Below, piece after piece: positions 30,190-40,174 of a DNA stretch of 64,000 bases; within the stretch, counting starts at the first letter, position 1; each line of letters starts with the position of its first letter. The position numbers and the translations under genes were made by a program. The stretch comes from an uncultured Verrucomicrobiae bacterium (GTDB lineage Bacteria; Verrucomicrobiota; Verrucomicrobiia; Limisphaerales; Palsa-1400). The notes beneath the pieces were generated by a model, which did not search any database, was not told the origin of the DNA, and worked only from the letters and a program-made list of their open reading frames with translations. The stretch lies in the NCBI GenBank assembly GCA_963764165.1, contig CAVXRD010000001.1, positions 224,001 to 288,000 of the forward strand. The letters are read 5' to 3'.

Positions 30190-32901
30190 ATGTCTGGCGT
30201 GGAAGCTGCCCGCAATGTTAACGAACGGATTTCAGTTGCGAAATCTCGTCTTTGCAAGGGGCCGGCGCCAGATTGGGTGGCGCCATTAAGTTACGATCCT
30301 CAATTCAAGGTCAGAACCGACAAACAACAGACGCATTTGCTTTTCGAGGATCACCGGCACGCCGAGCGGCAAGAATTTTACGTCCATCAGGTCTACCGGC
30401 TCGAAAACATGGAAGCGGTTCACCAAAATTCCCAGTGGAGGGTTAATTTCGAACCCCGAATTCAATCCGTTACCCTTCACCACATCGTCCTCCGCCGCGG
30501 CGATGTGGAAATGGATCATTTGAATTTGGACCACGGGCAATTTCTTCAGCGCGAGGGCGAACTGGATCGTTTGATTATAAGTGGCTGGATCACTTTTCTG
30601 ATAATTCTTGAGGACGTTCGCGCCGGAGACGTTCTTGATTTTGCCTACACGATAGAATCAAAGCCCGAAGTCATGCCAGAGGCCGCGTCCGGCACGTTTC
30701 AACTGCCTGAACGGATTTCGATCGGAAAATACGTTTGCTCGATCCGGTTTAACTCCACCCGGTCGATGCAGTGGAAATCATCATTCGATCATAAAGAACC
30801 CATCATTTCCGCGGGCGGCGAATTTACAACATGGACGTGGCGCGGAGAAAATTATAAGGGCCCCGAACGCGAGCCTCACACGCCGGATTGGCACACCGAC
30901 GCCCCTTCCGCCCAATACTCCGATTGTCCGGATTGGGGCACTGTCGCAAGAGCCATTGCCAACGCATGGGAACCACAAATCACCAATGTCCCGTTGGGAG
31001 AACTTGCGAGTGAAGTTGAGAAGCACTCGAAAGAACTCGCGGCTCGCATTGATAAATCCATTGAGCTGATTCAGGACACGTTCCGTTATCTGAGCGTCAA
31101 TTTGACATTCGGCGGGCAGATTCCTTCCCCACCCAATGCGGTCGCTCGGAGGCGATACGGTGATTGCAAGGATTTGTCATTCCTTCTGGTCAATCTGCTC
31201 CGACAAATTGGCGTGCAAGCCCGGCCGCTGTTGGTTCACTCGCGGCTGAGAAAATCTCTGGCCGGAACGCTGCCGTCTAACCTGTTGTTCAACCATGTCA
31301 TCGTCGAGTTCGAAGCCGAGGACAAACGACGCTGGATTGACCTGACCTTTCGTCGTCAGGGAGGCGGCGCGTATAATCGTTTTATTCCCAACTACGGTGT
31401 CGGCCTGCCCATTGATTCTTCCGCAACCGGCCTGGTAGAATCGCCTATTATTCCGGGGCAATCGAATGTTCGCGATCATCACGACACGGTCCTCGTGGAT
31501 ACGACGGGAGCGACTTCATTGGTCTCGATAGTCATTCGCGCGGAGGGTTTTCAGGCGGATATCATCCGCAACACGCTGGCGGCTCAGGGACTGGAGGAGC
31601 TTTCGCGCCAGCATTTGAAGAACTGCGCGAATCGCTTCCCAACAGTATGCAGGATTGGTGACTTAAAATATGATGACGACCGCGCCGCCAATAAATTCTA
31701 TATCGCGGAGGTTTTTGAGATCGATAACTTCATGATCAACCACTCCGACGGGTCGAAATTGCAATTTAACATTCCGAATCACTGGATTCAACAGGCGCTA
31801 TTGCTCCCGGAAAACAAAACGCGCAAAAGCCCGTTCGCTCTGCCCTTTCCATATCATTTGGTTCATAGTATTGACGTTCGCGCAGACTCGCTGCGCGCAA
31901 GCACCGGGCAAAATAGCGACCCTGTTTTCACGCTGTCATCCGAGCAGGTTTATTTTCGCCGCACCAAGAAAGCGGGCAATGGCTTTTGGGTGCTGGAAAT
32001 CTCTCTGGATTTCAAAGGGGACGCCGTTCCCGCAGAGGATATCCTGGATCATCGGCAGTTTGTTGAACTCGTAATGCAGAAAGCGCTATGGCACCTCACC
32101 TTGCCACGCGGCGTCGCGAGACCGGCCCAGGATGCTGACTTTGGCGAACTTCCTCATGTGCTTATTCGGGGCAGCGGAACAACGGGCGCGCGGCAGCTTG
32201 AATCTAGCGAGGCGGCGTCGCTCAATGACTTCAAGTCCCGCTGGAAAGAAATCCAATCGTGGCCACTGGTGAAAATTATCGACGCCAAAGTTCCTGTTTA
32301 TGAAGTTGCGCGCTTTGACTCCGGCCTCGTGTGCGTCCTAACGAACTGCCCCGAGGTGAGATTGGGAGCCGAAGTTAACGGCTTTGTTGAAATTGGCCTG
32401 CGCGATGGGCGGGAAGGCTTTATTCGGAATGAATCGAGAATATTTCGGTTGCAGGACGCGTTCCGAAAGGAGAAGCACATCGCCCTTCATAAGGATCCGG
32501 ATTACACATCACTCATTGTCGCCATGGTGACGCGGGGTGACGCATTAAGGTCATCCGAACCTGCCGTCGAGCGAGATGGAATCACTTGGGTGCCGGTGTC
32601 TGGCAATCACGGCAAGAGAGGGTTTATGGCCGCGGAGGCTGAACCCGCGTTTTCGGCTCCGTCCACGCCGGAGGAAAATCGGAAAAGGCGGTCAGGAATG
32701 CAAGACACCGCGCGCGTTTCGTACATCCGTTTAATGGCCGCGCTGGGAAGCGTTGTAGCGGGGATTGTTTTCAAAGGAATTGGCGAGGCGAATCCCAAAA
32801 GGATTATTTTCTGCAACATTTGCGCCGCTGCGTTGTTTGCGCTGGGATTTTTCAAATTCCTTCAGGCGTTCGCCATGTTCTTTCAGAGTCGTAAGGAATA
32901 G
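30190..32901 (+). CDS. DUF3857 + transglutaminase-like protein with C-terminal SH3-like and TM segments
   Basis: DVRAGDVLDFAYT, RRYGDCKD, FNHVIV, WIDLT. Confidence 0.85.
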   Translation: MSGVEAARNVNERISVAKSRLCKGPAPDWVAPLSYDPQFKVRTDKQQTHLLFEDHRHAERQEFYVHQVYRLENMEAVHQNSQWRVNFEPRIQSVTLHHIVLRRGDVEMDHLNLDHGQFLQREGELDRLIISGWITFLIILEDVRAGDVLDFAYTIESKPEVMPEAASGTFQLPERISIGKYVCSIRFNSTRSMQWKSSFDHKEPIISAGGEFTTWTWRGENYKGPEREPHTPDWHTDAPSAQYSDCPDWGTVARAIANAWEPQITNVPLGELASEVEKHSKELAARIDKSIELIQDTFRYLSVNLTFGGQIPSPPNAVARRRYGDCKDLSFLLVNLLRQIGVQARPLLVHSRLRKSLAGTLPSNLLFNHVIVEFEAEDKRRWIDLTFRRQGGGAYNRFIPNYGVGLPIDSSATGLVESPIIPGQSNVRDHHDTVLVDTTGATSLVSIVIRAEGFQADIIRNTLAAQGLEELSRQHLKNCANRFPTVCRIGDLKYDDDRAANKFYIAEVFEIDNFMINHSDGSKLQFNIPNHWIQQALLLPENKTRKSPFALPFPYHLVHSIDVRADSLRASTGQNSDPVFTLSSEQVYFRRTKKAGNGFWVLEISLDFKGDAVPAEDILDHRQFVELVMQKALWHLTLPRGVARPAQDADFGELPHVLIRGSGTTGARQLESSEAASLNDFKSRWKEIQSWPLVKIIDAKVPVYEVARFDSGLVCVLTNCPEVRLGAEVNGFVEIGLRDGREGFIRNESRIFRLQDAFRKEKHIALHKDPDYTSLIVAMVTRGDALRSSEPAVERDGITWVPVSGNHGKRGFMAAEAEPAFSAPSTPEENRKRRSGMQDTARVSYIRLMAALGSVVAGIVFKGIGEANPKRIIFCNICAAALFALGFFKFLQAFAMFFQSRKE

Positions 32902-32944
32902 AATACAATTGTTCAAGAGAGATCATATTCGCCATAGTAATTCC

Positions 32945-33271
32945 ATGAAAACGACCTTCGTGCTTGATGCCTCTAACCGGACCGTGCTTTCGCGGGAACT
33001 GCGGCGGGCGGCCGGGATTTCTCGGCGGCAAAACTATTGGTCTCGGCCACACCGGGGCGCATCGTTTTTGAGATGGAGGCCAATCCATCCGGGCGCGTCG
33101 TTAAACGCGGCAGACTCAAGGTCTGGACGGGTGCCGTTCCGGTCACGCCAATTGAGGTGGCCGTTGCACAATCTCGGCACTGCTAACGATGACCTTTCCG
33201 TCCAGATCGTGACGCGCAACCTGTCGCACTTTCCGCATGTGGCACCGGACATTGAGATTCTGACTCCTTGA
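32945..33271 (+). pseudogene. Decayed VapBC module: frameshifted AbrB-type antitoxin plus C-terminal PIN toxin fragment
   Basis: MKTTFVLDASNRTVLSRELRRAAGI, shift at ~33031, then LLVSATPGRIVFE...* at 33186, followed by QIVTRNLSHFPHVAPDIEILTP*. Confidence 0.65.
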
Positions 33272-33475
33272 GAGGCTTGCAGACTCGGGCACTGGTGTTC
33301 GGGTGTCCGACCAAGCATCGTCGGAAATGCGGATCTCAGCGCGTCTGCCTCGGCGCACTTGCAAATCGTCTCGTCTCTTCCAGCATTGGATTGACGACGC
33401 AGCTAAGCCTCCTACAATGCTGTCCGACGTGGAATAGTGTCGCAAGAAGGCGCAGTTTCCGGCAACCAATTCTCA

Positions 33476-36031
33476 ATGAATCAACTACTACAGAGAACGT
33501 TTACAATCCTGCTATGGGCTATGCTTCTGTCCATTGGAATAACGGGATGTAATAAGAGCAAGGACGACGGAGACCAAAACGGCCAAAAGACGGGATCCCA
33601 ACCGCAGCAGACCTCCCAAGAGGTCTATTTCAAAACCCATTTCCAAGACGAATCCCAGTTCCTGATTGAATCGGTACTGGCAGATGTATCGGAGATGGCA
33701 TATTTCGCCAAACACCATGAATTGCCAAGGGATCTAGCGGTGGACGCGAAGGAAACCGCCCATTCCGACTTGGATGCGCCGTCATACGAAATTACCGTTC
33801 GACTTCCAGAAAAGACGATTCGCGCGAAGTTGCGGGTAGATCAGGCCATCTGGGCGCCGGAACTGTATGCCCCAATTGGAAGCAACATCTTTGAGGCGTT
33901 GAAACTCGCCCCGAGTGCGCCAACCGGCAAGGAGAATGGCGGAACGGAAATGGTTGCGTCGTTGTTGCAATTAACTGCCACCAATATCGAGGCGGAGAAC
34001 GAAAAGCTTTCGGCGGAGTTGGAGCGGAATTTTGATGATCCAAACCTCCACGAACGGGCTGCCATGTTGATAGGCGCGTTCGCGTTTCGGGAGCAATACG
34101 GCGCGTTTGAGGACGTTCGCAATCAACTCTGCCGCATGACCTCCCATTTGACCGTCGCTAGACTTCTCCGGAACGAGGCAAATTACTCGGCCACGGGCAA
34201 AGTGGCGGACGCACTCTTGTTCACGCGAATGGAAAATGCGACCGATGCGATTGGCAAAATTAAATCGCTGGACACTAATGTGGCTGAAGTGGGCGCGTGG
34301 GCGCGCGCCTTATATGCCCGAGACACCAAGGATTATCGCGCACTGGAAGCCGTTCCGCATCGGACGCTGGCGGAGGAGTTTGAGTATTTTCAGGCCCAAG
34401 CCCTGTGTCTGAATCCAGAACTGCCTTGGGAAGCCCTGCCAGAGAATTTGAAGACAAATTACGCTGATTTCTACCACATCCTGGGCCAATCGGAGGAGTC
34501 CATAGAACTCGGCCACACGCTGCTGCAGGAACGCATCCCAATCGAGCTGAAAGAATTCGATGCTGTATACAAAATGACGCACCATGATCGCCAGGCAACG
34601 GGAAGACTGGCGGACGTTCTCAATAACCCGCCCGAACGCTGTTTTTCAGCGACGGCATCTGGTTCCCGCAAGGTATCGGTGATTGGATGGGGACAGTGGG
34701 CCGCCTATTATCAACGGCAGCTTTGCAGCGCGGCCACCGACAATTTTCACTTCCTCCTGGCCCGCTATGGTTCGCCGGAGGACGCCGCGGCCTATAGCGA
34801 GCAGGTGAACAAATTGTTTTCGGGACTAACCCTTTTCCCATTTGTTCTGCGGTCTGACTGCACGAATGAAGCCACTTATCGGTCCTCGATCGACCTTTGT
34901 TATCCAGCAACCCAAGCGTCGCCCCAGGCTTTTAACGCGAATTGCTGGAACCTTATATGCGTTCCCGAGCCTTTCGCCGAGTTCTACCAGCCCTTTCCCA
35001 GCCCGCACTTGGTGGATTGGTTCAAACATGACCCGCCCCCTGGGACGGCGTTCGAAATGGGATGCCGGGAGATTCAACCACCCATTACGGAGCGCGCGGA
35101 CATTGGGCCGTTTCTCGAGTCTCTGCACGAAAAAGATGCAGCCTCCTGGAACATAATCCTGGCGGTTCTGCATTTGAAATACCACGACAATATTACCGCC
35201 GAACAGCTTGAGGCGCTGCTCCGTCCCGTCTTGGATTACGATGCAAGGTCCATGACTTATCTCGCGGGCAAATTCGAAAACGATCCCGTTCGCTATGAAA
35301 AATCGATGCTCAAGGCCGCGGATCTCATGCCTGCCGCCAACACGGGTCTCGGCTATCATTTTGCCCAACTCGGCGATGACCAAAAGGCGATTGAGTATCT
35401 AAAGAAAGGAATGGATTTCGATCACAATGGAGTCGTCGCAGCAGCCAACGCCGGGGCGCTCATGAAGCTTTATTTGAAACATGGCCGCGACAAGGAAGCG
35501 TCTGATCTCGTCGATAAAGCAGCGTCCATCTATTCGGCTGCCGGTTTCAGAGCCAAGGCCGATTATTTGGAAGCGAAAGGGCGGTATAAAGAAGCCCTGA
35601 ATTGCTACGATGAAATCGAGGCGCGATATGGCCCAAGGGAAGACACTGTGGCATTTTTGCTTCGCGCGAAAGCCAAAACCGGCGGAAAGGAATTCGACAA
35701 AATTCTGTCCACTCGCACGGCTGACTTCTTTCCGAACGGCATGGAGAGAGTCACCTTGGCCAGCTTCCGCAAACCACCGGACGACGGGGTAATCCTCGGC
35801 GGCGACAATGCCGAAACTGCCAAGGTTAAGCTGAATATGGGAGACGTGATTGTCGCGCTTCACGGAATCCGCGTCCATAACTTCACCCAGTTTTCATTTG
35901 TTCGCGATACGGCTAGCGAATCTGTATTGGACCTGATCGTTTGGCAAGGCGGCCACTATCATCAGATTAAAGCAAGTCCGCCAAATCGCAAATTCGGAGT
36001 CCAAATGCCCGATTATCATAGGGGCCAATGA
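33476..36031 (+). CDS. Large TPR lipoprotein with C-terminal PDZ-like domain
   Basis: Lipobox ITGC, TPR helices, LNMGDVIVALHGIRV. Confidence 0.8.
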   Translation: MNQLLQRTFTILLWAMLLSIGITGCNKSKDDGDQNGQKTGSQPQQTSQEVYFKTHFQDESQFLIESVLADVSEMAYFAKHHELPRDLAVDAKETAHSDLDAPSYEITVRLPEKTIRAKLRVDQAIWAPELYAPIGSNIFEALKLAPSAPTGKENGGTEMVASLLQLTATNIEAENEKLSAELERNFDDPNLHERAAMLIGAFAFREQYGAFEDVRNQLCRMTSHLTVARLLRNEANYSATGKVADALLFTRMENATDAIGKIKSLDTNVAEVGAWARALYARDTKDYRALEAVPHRTLAEEFEYFQAQALCLNPELPWEALPENLKTNYADFYHILGQSEESIELGHTLLQERIPIELKEFDAVYKMTHHDRQATGRLADVLNNPPERCFSATASGSRKVSVIGWGQWAAYYQRQLCSAATDNFHFLLARYGSPEDAAAYSEQVNKLFSGLTLFPFVLRSDCTNEATYRSSIDLCYPATQASPQAFNANCWNLICVPEPFAEFYQPFPSPHLVDWFKHDPPPGTAFEMGCREIQPPITERADIGPFLESLHEKDAASWNIILAVLHLKYHDNITAEQLEALLRPVLDYDARSMTYLAGKFENDPVRYEKSMLKAADLMPAANTGLGYHFAQLGDDQKAIEYLKKGMDFDHNGVVAAANAGALMKLYLKHGRDKEASDLVDKAASIYSAAGFRAKADYLEAKGRYKEALNCYDEIEARYGPREDTVAFLLRAKAKTGGKEFDKILSTRTADFFPNGMERVTLASFRKPPDDGVILGGDNAETAKVKLNMGDVIVALHGIRVHNFTQFSFVRDTASESVLDLIVWQGGHYHQIKASPPNRKFGVQMPDYHRGQ

Positions 36032-36112
36032 ACCCGCGACGGCATTGCGCCATACGGCAATAGGCATAACTTGACGCGGAATTGAGAAAACCACATTTGT
36101 TGCAGACCCCGT

Positions 36113-37708
36113 ATGCCTCCAAAGTGCGATATTTGCGGAGTTGCCGCGTTGGAAAACGAGCATTTTATCGTGGAGACTTTGCCGTTCCGCGGATCAAAAG
36201 CTTATTGTCCGGCTTGCCGGCAAAGGTTTTATCGCCGGGTTTACACCGTGCTGACGGCAGCCCTTGTGAGCATGGGAATCATTGGTGTGCTCAATGCGAT
36301 ATGGACTCATAGCGGTTTGCTCAAATCGGTTCCGGTGCAACTGGCTTTGCTGGTTGGCGTGCAATGGTTCATGATTCTCCCCCACGAACTCGGCCATGGC
36401 CTGGCAGCACGGTCGCTCGGATACAGCCAGATAAGAATTTTGGTTGGCGCGGGAAGACCGGTCTTCTCACTGAAAATGTTCGGTATTCCAACCCTCTTCA
36501 ACTTGATTCCCTTCGGAGGAGTGACGATTTTTCAAGCGACGGGCCCTTTTACTCGCGGGCGATCATTGCTGTTTGTCAGCGCCGGCTTGGCGGTCAATCT
36601 TGCCGCTGCGGTTTTCGCCCTCTGCCTGGCATCGCCTGCGGTGATTTTCAGCTTTCAGACTGCCAGCGCGGCAAAAATCTTCTTTTGGGCAAACTTGTTT
36701 GTGCTGTTTGAAAATCTGCTCCCTTATCAGGTTCAGACACCGTTTGGCCCCTTGAACTCAGATGGTCGTCATCTATTCAATATTCTGTTCCGCTGGAATA
36801 AGCCGCTCAAGAGTGGAACCACCACTGTTCCTTCATGGGAAATTGCGATTCGACTTTTGCTAAAGTGGACATTGCTCCTGATCATGTGTGTTGGTGCGCT
36901 GCTATTTCTTCTGCTGGCAGCCCTTCCGTTCCTCTCGCGAAGCGGCGAAAGCACTTTGGTGGCGAAAATTGCTCTGCCTGCGATTATGCTGCCGCTGGCG
37001 GCGGTGACCGTTTTCATGTGTGCGCGGATTGCAAAGTCACCCATCTCCCGCGTTCGAACAAACAACACCCCCTCTGGATTTCAATCTGCAATCGTGCTGA
37101 CCCCGGAACTCCATGGACTGTATCTAAGAGCCATTGAGCGCAGCGCGCAGAATGATTTTGACGCGGCCCAAACTTTGCTCGATCAAGTCGTTGCGGGACT
37201 TGCGAACAACCCTCCTGCTAAATACTTGCCTCTTCGGATGTTGAAGCTGGACTTCATGATCACTCAAAGACAGGTTGAACTTGCGGAGAAACTCTGCCGC
37301 GACTGGGTCGAACAGGCGCCCACTCATGCGGAAAAAATCATGATTCTCGACAGTTTTGCCTGCCTGTTCATATACCGGACTCCTCCAACCGATCTGGATG
37401 TCGCGGAGCGCTTCGCGCGAGACGCCCTCGCAATCGCTCCTGGAACCTTAACGCTTATGGGCACGCTCGGCGGAATTCTTACAGAGCAAAAACGCTTTGC
37501 GGAGGCGACGCCATTGTCACAGGAATGCTTCGATCGCACCGCCGTGATTAGAGATCGAGGGATTTCCGCCTATTACCTCGGCGTGTTAAAACTCAATGCC
37601 GGAGACAAAGCCGAAGCCAAAAGACTCATTGATCTCGCGATGCTTCTGAATCCCGCCCCTTGGCTGGTGGCGAAAGCCAAAGCCAAGCTCAAAGAACTGG
37701 ACGCGTGA
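36113..37708 (+). CDS. Site-2 protease (M50) family protein with zinc ribbon and TPR tail
   Basis: CDIC...CPAC, HELGH, NLLP...SDG, multiple TMs. Confidence 0.85.
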   Translation: MPPKCDICGVAALENEHFIVETLPFRGSKAYCPACRQRFYRRVYTVLTAALVSMGIIGVLNAIWTHSGLLKSVPVQLALLVGVQWFMILPHELGHGLAARSLGYSQIRILVGAGRPVFSLKMFGIPTLFNLIPFGGVTIFQATGPFTRGRSLLFVSAGLAVNLAAAVFALCLASPAVIFSFQTASAAKIFFWANLFVLFENLLPYQVQTPFGPLNSDGRHLFNILFRWNKPLKSGTTTVPSWEIAIRLLLKWTLLLIMCVGALLFLLLAALPFLSRSGESTLVAKIALPAIMLPLAAVTVFMCARIAKSPISRVRTNNTPSGFQSAIVLTPELHGLYLRAIERSAQNDFDAAQTLLDQVVAGLANNPPAKYLPLRMLKLDFMITQRQVELAEKLCRDWVEQAPTHAEKIMILDSFACLFIYRTPPTDLDVAERFARDALAIAPGTLTLMGTLGGILTEQKRFAEATPLSQECFDRTAVIRDRGISAYYLGVLKLNAGDKAEAKRLIDLAMLLNPAPWLVAKAKAKLKELDA

Positions 37709-37889
37709 TCGCGCAGAGAGCCCTCGACAGACCGCGCAGCAAGGTAGCGCCTCGCCGAGGCGGCCGGGGACGTGGCACTTTTCACACTCGATCTCCTCTC
37801 AAAGGATTTACCAAAAAATCCTTCTGCTTGGCCAAGTCTTTGCCAGAATCAAACGCCTGCAAACCTTCACGTCCCCGGACGCCTCGGCG

Positions 37890-38029
37890 GAGATTGTCTC
37901 AAAACTACAAAATCCTCAAAGTGTGTCAATACTACTAATCTCTCATTTGCGATATGGCGCATTTTTATTTTCGGCGAGGGTGTTTTGGTGGTGCTTTTTG
38001 AAGCCGTTTTTGAGTTTTGAGACAGACTC
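37890..38029. mobile_element. 140-bp MITE inserted into a REP loop, with 4-bp target duplication GGCG
   Basis: TIRs GAGATTGTCTCAAAACT / AGTTTTGAGACAGACTC; GGCG at 37886-37889 and 38030-38033. Removal restores the exact REP. Confidence 0.88.
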
Positions 38030-38073
38030 GGCGAGGCGTCCCTACCTTTTACCCACTTCCAATCACACTCCTC

Positions 38074-39924
38074 TCATTCCACAGTCACGCTCTTGGCGAG
38101 GTTGCGCGGCTTGTCAACATCACAACCCCGTTGAACGGCGATGTGGTAGGCGAAGAGTTGCAGGGGGACGCTGGCAAGGATTGGATACAACGGTTCAAGC
38201 GTGGCGGGGAGGTAGATGACGTCGTCGGCGAGGTTGGCGATTTCGCTGTCGCCTTCGGTGGCGATGGCGATGATGGGGCCTTTGCGGGCGCGGATCATGG
38301 CCATGTTCGCGAGTGTCTTCTCATGCATTGAATCTTGCGGCACGACGAAGACTGTCGGCGTGGCGGCTTCGATCAGGGCGATGGGGCCGTGCTTCATCTC
38401 GGCGGCGGAATAGCCTTCGGCGTGGATGTAGGATATTTCTTTCAGCTTGAGCGCGCCTTCCAACGCTATCGGAAAGGTGTAGCCGCGGCTCAGGTAGAAA
38501 AAATCGCGCGCGTGGCTGTACTTCGCGGCGAGTTCGCAGATGGCACCGCTTTGCTTCAGCAATGTTTCTATTTGACGCGGAATTTCCTCGAGCGCCTTCA
38601 GAATTTCCCGCGCCCGATGCACCGACAGCATACGCATGCGCCCAAGGTGAATGCCCAGCAATGTAAGAATGACGAGCATCGAAGTGAATGCTTTGGTTGA
38701 CGCCACGCCAATCTCCGGCCCGGCGTGCATGTAAATGCCGCCGTCGGATTCCCGCGCGATGGTGCTGCCGACGACGTTGCAAATGGCCAGCGCGCGGTGG
38801 CCGCGGCGCTTGGCTTCCCGCAATGCGCCGAGCGTGTCCGCCGTTTCGCCGGATTGCGAAATCACCAGCAGCACGGTGTCGCGGTCGAGCGGGGCGTTGC
38901 GATTGTAAAATTCATGCGCGTATTCGACCTCGACGGGAAGGTGCGCCAATTCCTCAATCAAATACTCGCCGACCAGCGCGGCGTGCCAGCTCGTGCCGGT
39001 GGCGGCGATCACAATTCGGTTGATGTTGCGCAATTCCGCCGGGGTCATGTTCAATCCGCCGAAACGCGCGGTCGCGCCCTCGAAATCGATGCGCCCGCGC
39101 AGCGCATTCTCCACCGCGCGCGGCTGTTCGAAAATCTCCTTCAGCATGAAATGCGGGAAGGTCCCGCGCTCGGCATCCTGCGCGTCGAAAGCAAGGTGGC
39201 TGATCTGCACTTGCGCCGTGTCCGCGCCGAGATTCTGAACGTCATAACGCTCGTTGGTGATGGCGGCGACGTCGTAGTCATTCAAGTAAACGACTTGCCG
39301 CGTGTGGGCGACAATGGCATTGGCGTCGCTGGCCAGAAAATTTTCGTCCTCGCCCACGCCGATGATCAGCGGCGAGCCGCGCCGCGCGCCGACGATCAAT
39401 CCCGGATGATCGACGCAAACGAGCGCAAGTCCGTAGGTGCCGATGACCTCGCGCAAGGCATCGCACACCGCTTTCACCAGCGCGGTGGAATCCTGCGATG
39501 CGCCCGCCTTGTAATGCGCGCCAATCAAGTGCGCCAGCACTTCCGTGTCCGTCGCGGATTGAAACGTGTGGCCCTGCGCGAGAAGTTTTTGTTTGAGGCG
39601 GTCGCAATTTTCGATGACGCCATTATGAACGACCGCTATTTTTCCAGATTGATCCAGGTGCGGGTGGGAATTCTCGTCAGAAGGCGGACCGTGCGTGGCC
39701 CATCGCGTGTGGCCGATGCCGATGAATCCCGGGGCGGGCGCGCCGCGCAAATGCGCCGCCAGACCGTCGTCAATGCTGCCGGCCTTTTTCCGCACCTGCA
39801 TGGCGCCTTGTCCCAGAACAGCGAGGCCCGCGCTGTCATAACCGCGATATTGCAACCGGCGCAATCCGTCCACCAGAATTGGGCTCGCATCCTTCCTGCC
39901 GACATATCCGACGATGCCACACAT
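38074..39924 (-). CDS. glmS: Glutamine-fructose-6-phosphate transaminase
   Basis: MCGIVGY, HTRWATHG, SQSGETADT, DKPRNLAKSVTVE. Confidence 0.98.
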   Translation of the reverse strand: MCGIVGYVGRKDASPILVDGLRRLQYRGYDSAGLAVLGQGAMQVRKKAGSIDDGLAAHLRGAPAPGFIGIGHTRWATHGPPSDENSHPHLDQSGKIAVVHNGVIENCDRLKQKLLAQGHTFQSATDTEVLAHLIGAHYKAGASQDSTALVKAVCDALREVIGTYGLALVCVDHPGLIVGARRGSPLIIGVGEDENFLASDANAIVAHTRQVVYLNDYDVAAITNERYDVQNLGADTAQVQISHLAFDAQDAERGTFPHFMLKEIFEQPRAVENALRGRIDFEGATARFGGLNMTPAELRNINRIVIAATGTSWHAALVGEYLIEELAHLPVEVEYAHEFYNRNAPLDRDTVLLVISQSGETADTLGALREAKRRGHRALAICNVVGSTIARESDGGIYMHAGPEIGVASTKAFTSMLVILTLLGIHLGRMRMLSVHRAREILKALEEIPRQIETLLKQSGAICELAAKYSHARDFFYLSRGYTFPIALEGALKLKEISYIHAEGYSAAEMKHGPIALIEAATPTVFVVPQDSMHEKTLANMAMIRARKGPIIAIATEGDSEIANLADDVIYLPATLEPLYPILASVPLQLFAYHIAVQRGCDVDKPRNLAKSVTVE

Positions 39925-40015
39925 AGAGGCGATGGTGCTCGATGCGCAGCCAAATGAACAGTAGGCAAACTGCTTATAGTATGTTTGTCAGGCAGCATCG
40001 CATTCTCGTGGCAAA

Positions 40016-40117
40016 GGTGGGGACGCCTCGCCAAGGCGTCCGGTTGCGTGGGATTTATTCCACGGTCTTCGGATGAGCAGCGCCTCGCCCCGGACGCCTC
40101 GGCGAGGCGTCCCTACC
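40016..40117. repeat. REP doublet (REPIN)
   Basis: Two inverted GGACGCCTCG..AGGCGTCC REPs. Confidence 0.8.
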
Positions 40118-40174
40118 TTCAAACCGAAAAGATTGATGCGGGGCATTCCGGTGGTAATATGAGCGTCAAGGGTC

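Noticed and set aside
28809..37708. Integron cassette array
   Set aside because: No IntI gene, and no attC-like or repeated sites seen between the genes.
37700..38074. Tn7-like insertion at attTn7 downstream of glmS
   Set aside because: No Tn7-type end with TnsB repeats and no tns genes; the DNA is explained by a REPIN plus a MITE.
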